Under the pieces are notes generated by a model. It worked only from the letters and a program-made list of their open reading frames with translations, was not told where the DNA came from and searched no databases. A DNA stretch of 61,397 nucleotides, the filler included, from Sphacelaria rigidula (taxonomy: Eukaryota), in the NCBI GenBank assembly GCA_964200075.2. It is 6 parts of 6 records of this genome, joined end to end, with 100 filler letters (N's around TTAATTAATTAA, not from the genome) between each part and the next. Parts side by side here need not be neighbours in the genome. Positions count along the whole stretch, not along the records: positions 10,251 to 20,400 come from CAXNAA020007026.1; positions 20,501 to 30,650 come from CAXNAA020007027.1; 4 more parts are not named here. One strand, given 5' to 3'. Below are positions 11,296-24,079 of the stretch, piece by piece; position 1 is the first letter of the stretch; each line of letters opens with the position of its first letter. Position numbers and translations under genes: made by a program.

Positions 11296-12443
11296 GTGAG
11301 TATCAGTCAACCTACTTCGTTTTTCACCGTCACATCAGTCAAGTTTCTGACCCGTGTTCGCAGAGATGAGGAGTATTACTCGTACGTCTCTCTACAGTAG
11401 TACCGCTCGTGGCACCTTCTTGTACCGAAAGAGACAGGAAAGAATAGTCTAGACGCTGAATAAAAGCTCTCCATCGTTCGATTCGTTCTATTCTGCGCTT
11501 AACCACACTCAGAAACGAAGTAAAGGATCATACTTGGGTAAATATGTAATCTGTTGTGGTGTAAATTCGTTCCCGCCCACCGTGATCGCCGCTTATCTGC
11601 GGCAGCGGCCATTCCGAGAAGACGTGGAATGCGCAGACAATTAGCATGATATAGTTTTGAGGAGTCTGGAATCTTGAAACTTTCAATCATAGTCATTACA
11701 TTCCCCCCCCCTTTTCCCGAATGGTGCGAACAAAACATGAGCAAAAATTCCGTGATGGAAAATGGCCGAGGGAAGAGATCAAGATTCCAGCCACAGTACA
11801 GTACACAACAGTAGTTTGGTGGGTGGGTGAATAGTGGGTAGAGTAGGGTGGTGGGTGTATCCAGATATAAATAAGCACATTTCGTTTCCTGATCTGCGCA
11901 GTCACGAGCACAGATAGTACAGGACAGTACAGACCGACCTGTCAAGTCTCACTCCAGGGGCACCCCACAGGTAGGTCTTTAGTCTAGGCGCAAATATAGG
12001 TAAGGCTACATAGAGAGTGTCCGTTTTCCCTGAAGCTGTTGGAGGTGTGTTGTCAAATAAAATCTACATGATGTACCATACGATATACGCTCACAAGGTG
12101 TGCGCATGTTGATCTGTCATGTACATCGAAGATTGATGCCTGCAACAACGACCAACAGCGCCGCAGTCCAGTGGTAGTGGTGCTTGCGTTCTTATCCGAT
12201 ACCACTCCTCCTGATCAATGAGGAGTACAACGCAGTACATTGCTGATTTGCCCTCGGCACAATAAGGCACCTCTGTAGGTGAGGGAAGCACCATATCATT
12301 TGTGGTTACGACTGCATTGTATTTCTCAATCACGTGTTCAGTTATCTGCACATAAGTACCGTGTGTCGAGCGAATCGGTACTCTAGTGTAGACAGACGGC
12401 ACGACCTTCTGATGTGTCTTCGTTTGTTCGTCACTTGCTGTAG

Positions 12444-12518
12444 TCAACCATCTCCCGGATTCGTGAAGTGCACCTGCCCTTCTTGGGCATCCTGCGCACG
12501 TTCCGACTGCCGGAATAA
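12444..12518 (+). CDS. Probable terminal exon of the same gene (STISRIREVHLPFLGILRTFRLPE*)
   Basis: Pyrimidine tract with gctgtAG| acceptor, phase 0 matching the previous exon, TAA stop. Confidence 0.5.
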   Translation, partial: STISRIREVHLPFLGILRTFRLPE

Positions 12519-12715
12519 CGTGATGCTGTGCAATGTAAACATGGCCGTGGCACCGGAACCGCAAAGGAATCATGCTGTCGCAGCGGCCAGAGGTTGTTGG
12601 TAGTCTGTTGGCTCATTTTTCCAAATCTCCTTTTGGTTGCACTTTCGGACGAAGAAGGTGGCGATCGATTTCTGGTTCTGGTATCTTCAGTTTCATATGT
12701 GTTGAAGTCAATATA

Positions 12716-12934
12716 CCGTAATTGTGCGAGTCATCACACACCCCCTGGACCGAATTTCAGAGCTCGATTACTCTATAACAAGGAGAGCATCAGTCCTGAA
12801 AAGGGTGACGCTGGAAAGATCTTGTCGACAGCTGTCCGAAAACGCGTCGTTTGGTATTGGCACCCTCTCCGTCACGGAGTAATCGAGCTTCGAAATTCGG
12901 TCCGGGGGGTGTGCGATGACTCGCACAATTACGG
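12716..12934. mobile_element. Small MITE (~220 bp) with ~65-bp TIRs, TA-flanked (Tc1/mariner-pogo-like)
   Basis: ccgtaattgtgcgagtcatcacacaccccctggaccgaatttc.. versus ..gaaattcggtccggggggtgtgcgatgactcgcacaattacgg. Confidence 0.75.
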
Positions 12935-13895
12935 GGTAGTGGCATTCTCTCTTGTGTCGCACTACAGGCCGTACCGCACTGCATCCTCTGGGTTGGGGTA
13001 TGATGTTGTTCCTTCTGTGTTACCGCGGCGTTACTTTTTCGGCAGCATGATGACATGTCGTGGTTCACGTCTCCGATTTCAAAGTCGCGCATTTTTCGCA
13101 ATGGATCTGTAGCTCTAGCTCGCAGCAAAGACCACACGTTTTTGGTTCCTGTTGGCGTTTGAATTCGCGTGTGCGACCGACCGCCTGTGCTGTTGTACTG
13201 CTTGTAATATACGTACTGCAGACATGTTAGCTTGGGGCCACATATGACTTACCTCTAGACTCTACATGTGTAAGTGACTTTTGGCTGTTGGCAGCTTACG
13301 CCCGTGCAATCTAGACTGACTGTACTCGGTTCCGGCTCTGAACGGACAACCATGGACTTCAGAAACTGTTCCGTAAATCTGTGAAATGGAGCGGACTTGT
13401 GTATCTTAAAATTGCGCTCTTGTCGTGGCGCAACACGCGGAATAATAGCACAGGCAGTTACGGTTCAGCAGTATAGACAACAGTAGTTCAGACAGTCCAG
13501 TCTCAGCCGACAACAAGTTCTCCAGCTCCTCCACGGGCCACACCCTTTTGCCACCCTAGTGAACAAAGCTGAGGTGATCAGCACACGCAAGAACGGGGGG
13601 CAACGTGAGTTCATCTACAGTTACAGTTCTAACCTTTCTGTTCCGATATTACAGGGGTTCACCATGTTCGTTCAGTTGCTGCGTTTACTTGAACACGGCC
13701 ACCTTGCGCGCAGCCAGCACTCGCTGGTGATGCACAATCATGTCCTCTGATCCAGTTGTGTACCGTACTACTGAGCGCTTGATTCTGCATTCCGCGTCCG
13801 CGTCCGGTCAAGTGGGTGCAGCAGTTCGTCGCGTGTGGACTAACTCGCATTCGACCGTGTTGCTCTCTCACTGACCAACAACAAAAGCAGTCTCG

Positions 13896-14097
13896 ATGCT
13901 GGCATCGTTCGCGAAAGGGAGGGGAGCCATTTTCGCCGGAAGGCGTGCTTGCCAGTCCGCACGCGCAACTGGCGCAAATCTTGGCGTTCTTGGCGTTAAG
14001 GTCAACATTGCAGTTGTGTCGCCATTGCCACAACGAGCCATGAGCATGTGGAGCGAGATGCCGATGGGACCACCCGACCCTATTCTGGGCCTCACGG
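13896..14097 (+). CDS. GOT2: Mitochondrial aspartate aminotransferase, exon 1 (presequence plus SMWSEMPMGPPDPILGLT)
   Basis: Arg/Ala-rich N-terminus without acidic residues, then the conserved W..v.mGPPDPILG motif; donor G|GTGAGA in phase 1. Confidence 0.9.
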
Positions 14098-17000
14098 GTG
14101 AGATGTTTGACTTGTACAGTATCCGGTATTCCGAACTCTGCTGGCTTCTGTGCTGGTTTTCCTTGAAGGAGGAGTGACAGAAGACCTGTGTATTCGCTTC
14201 TCCTGGGGATAAGTTCGTCTTTGATGATTATCAAACTACCAGGTGTTGGTGGAAGCGCACTGTCGATTTCGAAAATATCCATGCGCCAGAGGATTCTACT
14301 CTGATGTGCAGCATTCAGTGTAGTTGATCGTCTCATATCAATTACCATGTAGCAAAATGCTTGTCTATTCATAGTTTGAAACAATATCCCTTCCAGCGCC
14401 CGAATCGCTACTTAGTAAAACGCTAACCGGACGAGCTTTTGGGGGAGGGGGGACAGGGGGGTGTCGGAGTTTTTGTTTCTGTTACAAAGACCGCGCCTGC
14501 ATGAGGAGGTTCGTTGCCTCATAAACACGGAGATAAATATTTGTACTTGCTCGTGCATAATCGGCCGCTGGAAAATAATTTCTGTCTCCGTGCACAGAAA
14601 AACAACAGCGGTCGCCTTAGCTGTGCGTGCGGTCATGCATGTCCCGTACAGTACATGAGGTTCCTCACATTCTGCACACGGCAGAATGATGACCAGACGG
14701 AAAACAAAAACATGTAACATCCTCCCTTCAGCATGCGGGAAGCTTGAAGGTTGAAGGTTGCTGCGTGTACTGACCCAGGTTTCTGTATCGTTTTGTTTTG
14801 TTTATCCTCTGAACGCCCATCCTTTCTGCCCCGAGGCGTTGTCAGTTTTTGAGCTTGTTGGAGGATGGTTTTGGTAGGCGCAGAAATGAAATGAAATGAA
14901 CGCGAAATACATGAGAAATGAGACGCTTTGGAGGGATTGTTGCAGAATACAAAATGGTCGAAAGGTGTGTGTAGCAGCCTTCTGCCATGATAAAGGGTAA
15001 GATAGAGGGAGGCCAGGACCGGGGCACGTGAAAGACGTGTAGATATTGGTATCGTTGTTTATGCATCGTTCTGCCGTGTGTGCTGACATCTTCCAGGTAT
15101 AATTGACGCGATCGCCGCCGCTGTCCTTCTGTACTGTTGTATCATACTGAGCTAGCAAAACGGTGCTGGCCGCGGCTTATCCACGCCAAACTATGACATG
15201 TGCTATATGTGTGGCAACGGTATTTTCTGCATAGGCGTTGTCTGTCCAGCCAAAGCTACTCTTCCGAACATCCCCCGAAGAGTCTGTTCGTTGAGCATCC
15301 AACTCCGATACGAGTTGGGGCGTTCAAAGGGGGGGTGTACTCATGATCATGCATGCTACAGTCATAAAGCCATTGACCTGGCATCCCTACAAAGCCGGGA
15401 CGGAGCACGCCGGGTTTTCGCCGGATCAGGCCCGCAATCAATCACCAACTGCGATGCGCCGTGGTGTGTTCGGCGAGTCGCATGCATGACGGGTGAGCTG
15501 CACCCTGCTAAAATCTTACGGCCCGAAGCCTGCTGATTATTTTGCATTTGGATGACAGCCTACAATGAGTTTCGGGCATCGCCACTTCCAGAGACAGCCA
15601 CGGCTTTTACACTGCCTCGTGGGTGTCTCACCATTTCAAAGGGGTAGCCGCGTCAGTCGGTACAGTAGTAGTAGACCTTATCCGAACCCGTCACCCCGAG
15701 TTCGCGGCTAAAATATATGTTATACTTGTACTACGAGTAGAGTATTTTCCAGGGGGGGGGGAGGGGTGACATATTTTCAACAACACCCCCTCTTCCTCCT
15801 GACGAGTCCGAAGTCTCGAGGGATAACATCAGTTCATCTCCCTCATCTCCCCTGGTGCACACAATTGTTGATATTTTTATATTTCGGTATCGTGCATTGG
15901 ATCAGCACTCCTGCACCGCGACGAATCTCGTTGATTGCGACGTATATTTTTTTTGTCAATCACGCCCTCGTGTGTACATAGACACAAATCAAACACGTAT
16001 AACGTGAAATAAACCCTCAACACATATCTGCTGGGATTTGACCGTGCAGTGCAGTACAATCCAGTGCCGTCTTCAATCTTCCGCCCTGATCGCTTTGACT
16101 TGTTTGACTTGTGCGAGCGAGACGCCCGTAACGCGGCGAAAAAGCTACCATGGTATAGTTTAATATGTTATCGGGCGTTGGATGGCGACACACTCTTGTA
16201 TTCTGTCGACTTTCATGGATATTTTTCGTTAGATCACGTTCCTATGCTTTCCCCGGCAGAAACCAATAGAGTATCCATATAAAAAGCAGTATTGTCGGGA
16301 TTCGAGGCCACCACTTGTACAAGTACTCAACTCAACATGATCAGTGGTGTTCATGGTGTGCGGGTTTTACCATAGAGGTGCGGCAGCCGTACTGTGGGCG
16401 ATCATACCCGGATCTTGATGTTCATGTTGATGGTGAGGGGGCTGACGATAGCAGGTGCTCGCCCAGCGTGCCGCTTGTGCAGGACGCCCTTCCCAAGCAC
16501 CCTGCGGAGGGTACCTCATGCAGCCACGCCCCACGCCCGAAGTTCGTCGAGTTGGGCTTCGGGCTAGAGCTAGCCCTAGCGCTGGGCTTGGGGTTTTGCA
16601 AAACTGAAGTATGTTTAACCATGAATTTGGGACGATAAGATGGGATGAGGTCGTGCCTTGACGGAACAGAATAATGAATGAAAAACGAAGCTCGTGACAA
16701 AGTCTGCGCACAAAAGCCGTCATGGATTATGATTCCTCTGCATCCATCGTTTGCAGGAATCAATTGTACAGTTAGAACGAAAACGGTAAGCAGTTCATGA
16801 TTTCCAGGCGTGACTCGTGCGGTGCGACTTCGAACGCACTGGTACAATTTTTCAACGCGTGATTCACTTGGCACATGGCATGATGGCATGACTCAAGCGT
16901 ACAGTTTCCCCAGCTATGATTCGTGCGGTACTACTATTATACAGTACTCCGCACGTATACTTTTCTACCTCCCCTGTGATTCAGATGGCATCAGCCTGCT

Positions 17001-19188
17001 CAACAGGTGGGATGACTGACCCCCGAAGCAGTAAGCGCTCACTGCCGCCACTGGCTGGACTGTTCTCCACCCGCCGAGCCGAGCACACCACGGCGCTTCG
17101 CGCTTGGTGATTGAGTGCAAGCCTGGTCCGGCGAAAACNNNNNNNNNNTATGACTATGACATGCATGATCATGAGTACGCCCCGCCCCCCCCGAGGCGGC
17201 AGCTGCACGAGTCACGTGGAAATCTCCTCCTGTCAACAGCCGCACTTACGCCGGTTCGTCGTCACAGGGCTCATCCCCCCCTATCCGTTATCCGTCGCCG
17301 CTCTATCCGTTAATGGAGATTGTGGTCACGGGAAAGACTGCACGCCTAATGCATCGCGTCGGACCATGGCTTCTCGATCTTCGTCCAGTCGTCAGCTGAC
17401 CGCCACTTGCCGAGGGTTGGACCGGCATGCTTGGGATTGGTGGAGATGATGAGGTGTACATAAAGGAGACCGTTGTCCCGTAAATATATTCCGGAAGTTT
17501 TTGATACTTGTGCCTCAGCTCAAATGAGCACGATGAGCAGCGCCTTGCTGTATCAGGGCAAGAGTCTGTCTAATGATGACTCCAACAGTGGTGCATGTTT
17601 GTGGTCGATACACGCTCCGAGGTGAACAGCTGAACGTGGTGTTGTTTTTGGTGGGGAGTGTACACGTACACGTATGGTGTCGCTGGTGTTGCGATCTTGT
17701 GCCTCAGGTCTTCGGAAAAAATGCCCCTAGCACCCACAGTTCACTGAGCAGGATGAGTAGGGTGAGCACAACGACTTGACACGGGCAAGCGACGCGCATG
17801 GGAGCGCAGGGGTGAGCTTCCCCCCCTGACAAACCCCTGTTGCCAGCAACCGTGCCGCGATAGCATTCGGACCTCCTTCGTTGAATCCCTCAACAGGAAT
17901 TGCTGTTGGTGTAGCCATCACTGTGACAATACTGAGCCCGACAGTACCCACACCTCAACAACCTGGAGGCTTTTGGGCGGGAAAAAAAGGTGTACCGGCT
18001 TTACTAAATCACGGCGAAAAACAGGTGTTGGTCTGCTAGCTAAACCTTTTCTTCGTTTGCATCACTTCTGACAAGCGTTCATTTCCTCCTGTCGTCCGTC
18101 TTAGCCAAAAAAAAACATCCTCCACAACCTCGCTGGGCCATCAGCTGGCACGGTCTCATCACTCAACCCCAGGGCACTCACACGATAAACCTTTAAATAC
18201 CAGCATCGTCTCGGAACAGTTTTTACCTTCGGCGGTCCAAGGGTATTCAGGGGATATTCAGGGGTTCCCACGGGCGGGGATAGTTTTTACGGGGGCGCGG
18301 TGGGGCTTCCCCAAATTACGAGGAAAGCTCCCGATGTCAACCATGCGTGTTTCCAGGAAATTTATCGGGAGCGGAAAATGTAAAGTCTCGCTCGAACCCA
18401 AGAAAGACGGACTGTGTGATCAATCGTAACAGCAAAATGATGAGCTACGTTCCGTTACAAACTGTCTGATGTTGCCTACTGGCGGCGAAGGCATGTTTGA
18501 TGTTTCGTCATTTTTCGGGGACATCGGTTGAAAATTTGCAAGGGATCTGGAGTAGTCCTTGATGCAGCTGAACGGTATGGTATTCTAATTAGAGCAAGCA
18601 CCACCATGATACTGAGCGCACACAGCCATGAACAATTAAGAATAATTGTACCCGACCCTACCGCGATCGCGGTAGAACAGTACAGAAACAGTACAACAAG
18701 AATATTATACGATAAGGGCCAACAAAGCAAAACAGAACGTGAGTGTTGAAAAAATATGATTCCGCGGTCAAGTTAACCTCTTGAGCACACAGCGTTGGGT
18801 GTCTCATCTGTCGGATCGAAATCATTTTCACTTTTAAAAAGACGCGTCAGACTGAGTACTGACTGTCGTCTGCACAGAAGTCACCGTAATAACATGCATG
18901 CACCGAATTTCACAACGCTATAAAACTAAACAGTTAACAGTTCGATTTTCTCTACTACTTCCACACAATTTTTATGACATCCCGCTTGTGATTTATACGG
19001 ATCATGAGTCTGTGGAAAGCCTCGCCAAAATGTCCATCTGCGGGCGCTCGAAGCGTGAACGTTTTTGAGCAGCATGTTTCGTCTTCATCGTTGGGGGCTT
19101 TGTTGTTATGAAAATATCCGCAGACCGCCCTATTCTGTCGTGCTGATGACTAATGAATGATGAATGATGACGGGGGTGTGCACGACAG

Positions 19189-19344
19189 ATGCCTTTAACA
19201 AGGATGAAGATCCCAACAAGGTGAGCCTGGGAGTGGGTGCCTACAGGGGAGACGACGGAAAACCGATGGTGCTGAACACTGTCAGGAAGGCGGAGAAGAT
19301 AGTGCTGGAGAAGGCTCTCAACCACGAGTACGCAGGCATCACAG
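19189..19344 (+). CDS. GOT2: Mitochondrial aspartate aminotransferase, exon 2 (DAFNKDEDPNKVSLGVGAYRGDDGKPMVLNTVRKAE...NHEYAGITG)
   Basis: AspAT hallmark LGVGAYR and EY..ItG motifs; gacAG| acceptor in phase with exon 1 across a ~5.1-kb intron. The rest of the gene is off the contig. Confidence 0.93.
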
Positions 19345-19644
19345 GTGTGTGTGTGTGCGTGTGTGTGTGCACATGACGATGTTTTCATCTGCGATTGATT
19401 ACGCTAGCGTATTACGGTATGCTGATGATGCGGCAGCGCCAGCGTGATGAGGGTCACTGGTCGTAAAAAAGGTGTTTGTTGGTCGACGTAAGTTCCGAAT
19501 TTTTGCTTGGAAGTGTGTCATGGGTCACGGCCAGAGGTGATCACGGGGACGACGCAGAGTCAGGCGTCGACTGTATGTGGCACTTTTTGTCTACTATTTT
19601 ACTGCACTGTGTTCGACCCTGTGGCTTGCTGGTGACTCTTCGAC

Positions 19645-19960
19645 CGCTAGGAACAATGTTCTTGTGAGATTGAAAGTAGAGGATACGAACAAGAGTGTGA
19701 AGCGGTCAATTAATGAATGGATACTTTCAGTTCCGAAATGCCCCTCCACGAGGCTCGATACTCTTTCTGTAGTAGCTTGCCACTCAAGCCCTTGATATCC
19801 CTGAGTAGGATAGTGACGTGTAGCCGTGAATACACGCCAGTCTTACAGGCAAAGAAAAGCACATACATGGTGAAAAAATGGTCTACAGTAGTTGAAGCGA
19901 ATGATGATACCCACTCTCAATCAACGCTCTACTCTCAATCTCACGATAACATTGTTGAGG
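19645..19960. repeat. Interspersed repeat with an inverted copy at ~27990-28290
   Basis: The ORF track shows matching peptides (FCSSLPLKPLISLSRI and FCSSLPLRPLISLSRI) on opposite strands. Confidence 0.75.
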
Positions 19961-20400
19961 AAGTCATACGTTGAATCGATATCACATGAAAAATTAGTGG
20001 ATGAACCAGATGACCCGCTCTGGCGGTTCAAGGGTTACAGTAATGATTCTTCTTCATTGAAATCTGGTATTGAACCGTCTCATATCACTCACTCTCCATG
20101 TGAAAAACGATTACGTTGTTCGCAATCATTTGTGGCTAGATGCTTACAATGGTGATAAAATACACCACACTGCGGGTAGGGGGTGTTTGTTCGCCCCGTC
20201 GGCTGTGTTCTTGTTCGGGGGGGTCGGTGTGAGCCTTTGGCAGCTGACCCCGATTTGAAACGCACTCTCCGAAAAATATTCTGGGTGTTTTGTCTAGCTC
20301 CTTGCTAGTAGCATTGACTATAGAGGGGTATATTCATGATCATGCATACCATAGTCATCAGACCGTTGACGTCGCATTCCTACAAAGCCGGGACGGAGCA

Positions 20401-20500
20401 NNNNNNNNNNNNNNNNNNNNNNNNNNNNNNNNNNNNNNNNNNNNTTAATTAATTAANNNNNNNNNNNNNNNNNNNNNNNNNNNNNNNNNNNNNNNNNNNN
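20401..20500. other. Artificial contig spacer
   Basis: N44-TTAATTAATTAA-N44. Confidence 0.97.
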
Positions 20501-20666
20501 CCGTTCCTGCGTTTTATGGGGCGCGGGTCACTGCTTCGACGGCTTTGGCATGCCCGCCCCCGAGTCCCCCCCCCCCCCCCCCCATCACAGAGGCGATCGA
20601 GAGCTCTCTGTTTCTCTGTCAGCTTACCTCGCACCCGTACCGTCCCCGCGTGTCCGTTTGGAACAG

Positions 20667-20875
20667 CCGAGGGCGGTGTACACGGAGCCGCCCTCAGGAG
20701 GCAGCAGCACGTGCATACGTCGCTTCAAGCGTGTCTCACACTTGTGCCCAGCGGAAGGTCGAAGCTATTCGGGGTACTGCGCCAGCACTACCCGCATCGC
20801 AGGCTGAGGGCGGAGGCTTTGTCGGACTACGCGCTGCAAGCGTTGCGTGTCGTGCAGTACGCACCCCTTATCGAG
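20667..20875 (+). CDS. RRN3: RNA polymerase I initiation factor RRN3, internal exon (HVHTSLQACLTLVPSG...HYPH...YALQALRVVQYAPLIE)
   Basis: Fits the RRN3 pattern vH..l..il.lvP....L...l...fPh...Y..nlLr...Y.P; aacAG| acceptor and |GTatac donor. Confidence 0.85.
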
Positions 20876-21227
20876 GTATACGTATTACATAATTTGTTTT
20901 TACTCTAGTGGGGGGGTGGGATGGAGGGGGGGGGGGGGGCGTACTCATTCGTTACTTGCCTTAGTCGTTTGAGCATTGACCACGCATCCCTTCCGAGAAT
21001 ATCTTGCAAAGGTTGCAGCACGTAACACGTGCTGTATTTTGCAGTTCCAATGCCGAGCTGATGGCTTTGTGTGTACAGGTCGTATTCGTGATGCGATGGG
21101 ATTTGGGTCGTACAGTGTTTGCCCTTGGAAAAAACAGCGCGCGTGTTACGTGTTGCAACTGAATATGCTCGTGTTTCGCGTATCTCGTGTTTTGTCATGT
21201 TCTGTGTGCGTTGTGCTGGTTGGGCAG

Positions 21228-21284
21228 GAGAACGTGGTGCGGCTGATCGTGGAGAAGAGCATAGAGATTGATGTCGAGATAAAG
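21228..21284 (+). CDS. RRN3: RRN3 exon (ENVVRLIVEKSIEIDVEIK)
   Basis: Conserved li.e....iDVei motif; 57 nt, phase 0/0, AG and GT borders. Confidence 0.85.
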
Positions 21285-21958
21285 GTAGTTTGTCTCTTTA
21301 TATTATGATCTACGGAGTATGAATATCATAACTATATGTTGTCATGAGGTGTTTGTAGCGGAAGCGTCCGTCACCAAGGTGGTGCACTTGACTATTAATA
21401 CAACCCTAACTACCAAACCCCATGTCGTGAGTACCGGCATTCCACCGGTATGAAACGTGTGTACGGTGACATGTCGAGTTATATGTCGGTCTGCAGCTCC
21501 CGCTCTTCCAGTCGTGATGACCTTTGGCGGATGTTTCAGCGTCTCAAGTATATACCCTATACCGTCTCGGCCAGTGTGAAAGATTATGAATATGCCACAC
21601 TTCCGCTCAACGTATGATGGGGGATTCTAACTGCATGGGTTAGCTGCGTAAACCGTAGACCGCGAGGGTAGTCCATATGGGTCATGCATACTTTTTTCAA
21701 GTCGAATTGATGCCGATTCAACACATGACCTACTCTCGCCGTGTAAGGGTTAATGTTGATCTCTATACCCCCCTTGTAATGTTAACTACCGTTGTACGGT
21801 TAACTACCCTTGTGGTGTTAATTTGACTAGTGTTGTTCAGGATGTGAATGTTCAAGCTGTGGTCCTACTCTTGTACTGCAATGCGGACGGCGGTTTTGTT
21901 GGGTTGTACTCTCTGTTTCCTTGAAAAATGTCGAAATGGTGCTGTTTGTTGATGCTAG

Positions 21959-22072
21959 ATAATGGATACTGGGGAAGCCGTGGTGGACGACCAGGAGGAG
22001 GAGAGTGACGCGCTCTTCACCATGGACGATATTGTTGACGGAGTTGCCAAGAAAAAAGAGATAAGAGAAGAG
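21959..22072 (+). CDS. RRN3: RRN3 exon, acidic loop (IMDTGEAVVDDQEEESDALFTMDDIVDGVAKKKEIREE)
   Basis: Acidic loop with F.MD as in RRN3; gctAG| acceptor, |GTATGT donor, 114 nt, phase 0/0. Not in the ORF track. Confidence 0.82.
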
Positions 22073-22355
22073 GTATGTTGAAATGTCTCTCTTCGAATAG
22101 GCGGCATGCCTCAAGATGCATGTCGCTATATGTCACTTGTCGCGTCGACCACGTATCTGCACAGCTCATACCTGGTGTCCCAGAGTTTTACTTGTGCAGC
22201 GTATGCTGTGGTGGTTATTGCCATCACGCCATTTTTTTGTTTTGTTGTAGTTGATGTTGTTGTTAGTCGTTATTGTCGTTTCTGATGCTGATTTCACCCG
22301 TCGATTTTGATGATGCCGCTGCTACTACTGCTCCCGTGGCCGGTATTTTGTACAG

Positions 22356-22652
22356 GTGGACGAAATGGCGGAGAAACTTGATGGGGTAATGCTGGTGCTG
22401 TTCACTTATCTCGACCAGCGCCTCACGGCCAAGGCCTCCATACCCGCACACTACATCACTGGCACAAAAGACCCCGCGGAATACGCTGCCACTGGAGAAC
22501 ATAGTTTCGCCGTCGCACCAGCAAGCGAGGAGGACGCTGCCGCAGGGGGAGCGAGAAGGCTGCCCCCGACTGCTCTGCGAAATAGTGACGGACACGGTGG
22601 TGCTAGAGAGGGACAAGGGCAGGACATGGAATCAGTGGCGAGGTTATTACAG
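22356..22652 (+). CDS. RRN3: RRN3 exon (VDEMAEKLDGVMLVLFTYLD...ARLLQ)
   Basis: Conserved aeKLD.lm..lF.yl motif; tacAG| acceptor, |GTgtgc donor, 297 nt. Confidence 0.87.
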
Positions 22653-22749
22653 GTGTGCCTCGGAGTATGATTCTTTTCGAAGGAAAACAAAAAGAACAAC
22701 GACTAAGCCCAGTAGACGCGTGATGGTACCACAAGAAAGGGGGTGAGGC

Positions 22750-23050
22750 GGAGGGGGGGGGCGTACTCATTTATTGCTTGCCTTAGTTGTGTGACCATTG
22801 ACCACGCATCCCTTTCGAAACGGAGCACCATTCCTACTCCTAGTAGAGACATCTTCAACATTCTGGCGTTCATCACGTTTCTTCCATACATTACACAAAA
22901 AACCTTTTACATATCTTATCCCCGCCCTGTTTCGCCGTCTCTGGCCACCATCTATCTCCTAGTACAGCCATCGTTTTCTCCCCACTGTCAAATGCATCAA
23001 ACAATGTCATGCCACCTTCGTTCACGTCCCGCATTTCCCCCTCTTGGGGG
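22750..23050 (+). repeat. Interspersed repeat family D (5' fragment at ~20930-21000; inverted copy at ~25735-25915)
   Basis: ggggcgtactcatt..ttgccttagt..cattgaccacgcatccctt is shared; catgccaccttcgttcacg matches cgtgaacgaaggtggcatg reversed. Confidence 0.7.
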
Positions 23051-23923
23051 TGAGACGGGGGGAGGGTGGAGAAGGTGTAATTGTGATCTTGCACGCTCCA
23101 GTCGTAAGACCGCTGGCCTCGCATCCTTACAAAGCGGGGACGGAGCACGCCGGGTTTTCGCCGCACAAGGCTTGCGAATACCGAGCGCGAAGCGCCGAGG
23201 TTTGTTCGGCGATTTGCATGAAGGGTGGCCTGTACCCTACTAGGATTGTTCGGCCCGAAGTGTACTAATTAAGTTATCTTGCGTATAGATGGCAGCCTAC
23301 AATGAGTTGCTTCATTTCCTGGAGGAGAGAAAAACGAGAGAAGGGGGGGGGTGTAGCCAGGTGATGAAGTAACGCATGGGTGAGATAGTGTCCAACGTCC
23401 GAAATATGTACGGCGTGGTTGGTGCTCTCCTCACCTTGTTTGGTGCTCATGTGGCCAGGTAGACCGACAAGATCGAAGGGATGCTCTCGGTGCATATGTT
23501 TGGTTGGTCCCCGCGCAATCGTGTGCACATCTACTCTCATTTTGTTGGCTGGCTCCATCTTGTGCCCTTTTTGTCACCCCCAGCAGCGTGCCGAGTTCCT
23601 GTCCTTGCGGCGGGCATTGCGCCACACACACATGCGGACGAAACTCCAAACAGTTTCGTTGAGACGTTGGACTGAGAAGTGGAGTGGTGGATACCAACGC
23701 CTAGAACTTATGATTGTTAATACCATGTAAAGATTAACGCTTCCCCAGCTCAAATGAAATCTGTTTAAACTTGTTGTATGCGTCAACCGTTTACTCCCTC
23801 GTTTGGCCTGGTTGTGCCATTTTTTTTACTTTGTAAACTTGCTCCTGTTCAGATGCCCATGTCAACCCTGTCTTTAGACACCATTCCGTTCTCGGCGCCT
23901 CCCGTCTCACGTTTGTGTTTTAG

Positions 23924-24079
23924 TCGTTGCTGGTGGTGTTGGAGGAAAACATTCTTCCCACTCATCGCAGCAAGTTCGTTCAGTTCGTCCTGTTCTTCGC
24001 CTGCGGGAGGGCGCCAGGGTTGGCCCACGCCGTCGTTCGGAAGCTGTTCGATGTCCTTCATGATGACTCCCGTCCCAAG
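23924..24079 (+). CDS. RRN3: RRN3 exon (SLLVVLEENILPTHRSKFVQFVLFFAC...)
   Basis: Hallmark ILPTH.SKFVQF.LF motif; tttAG| acceptor, |GTAAAC donor, 156 nt. Confidence 0.92.

Noticed and set aside
13659..14384. 241-aa minus-strand ORF
   Set aside because: Antisense shadow of GOT2 exon 1 and its flanks.
19189..20875. GOT2-RRN3 fusion or adjacency
   Set aside because: They lie on different contigs separated by the spacer at 20401-20500.
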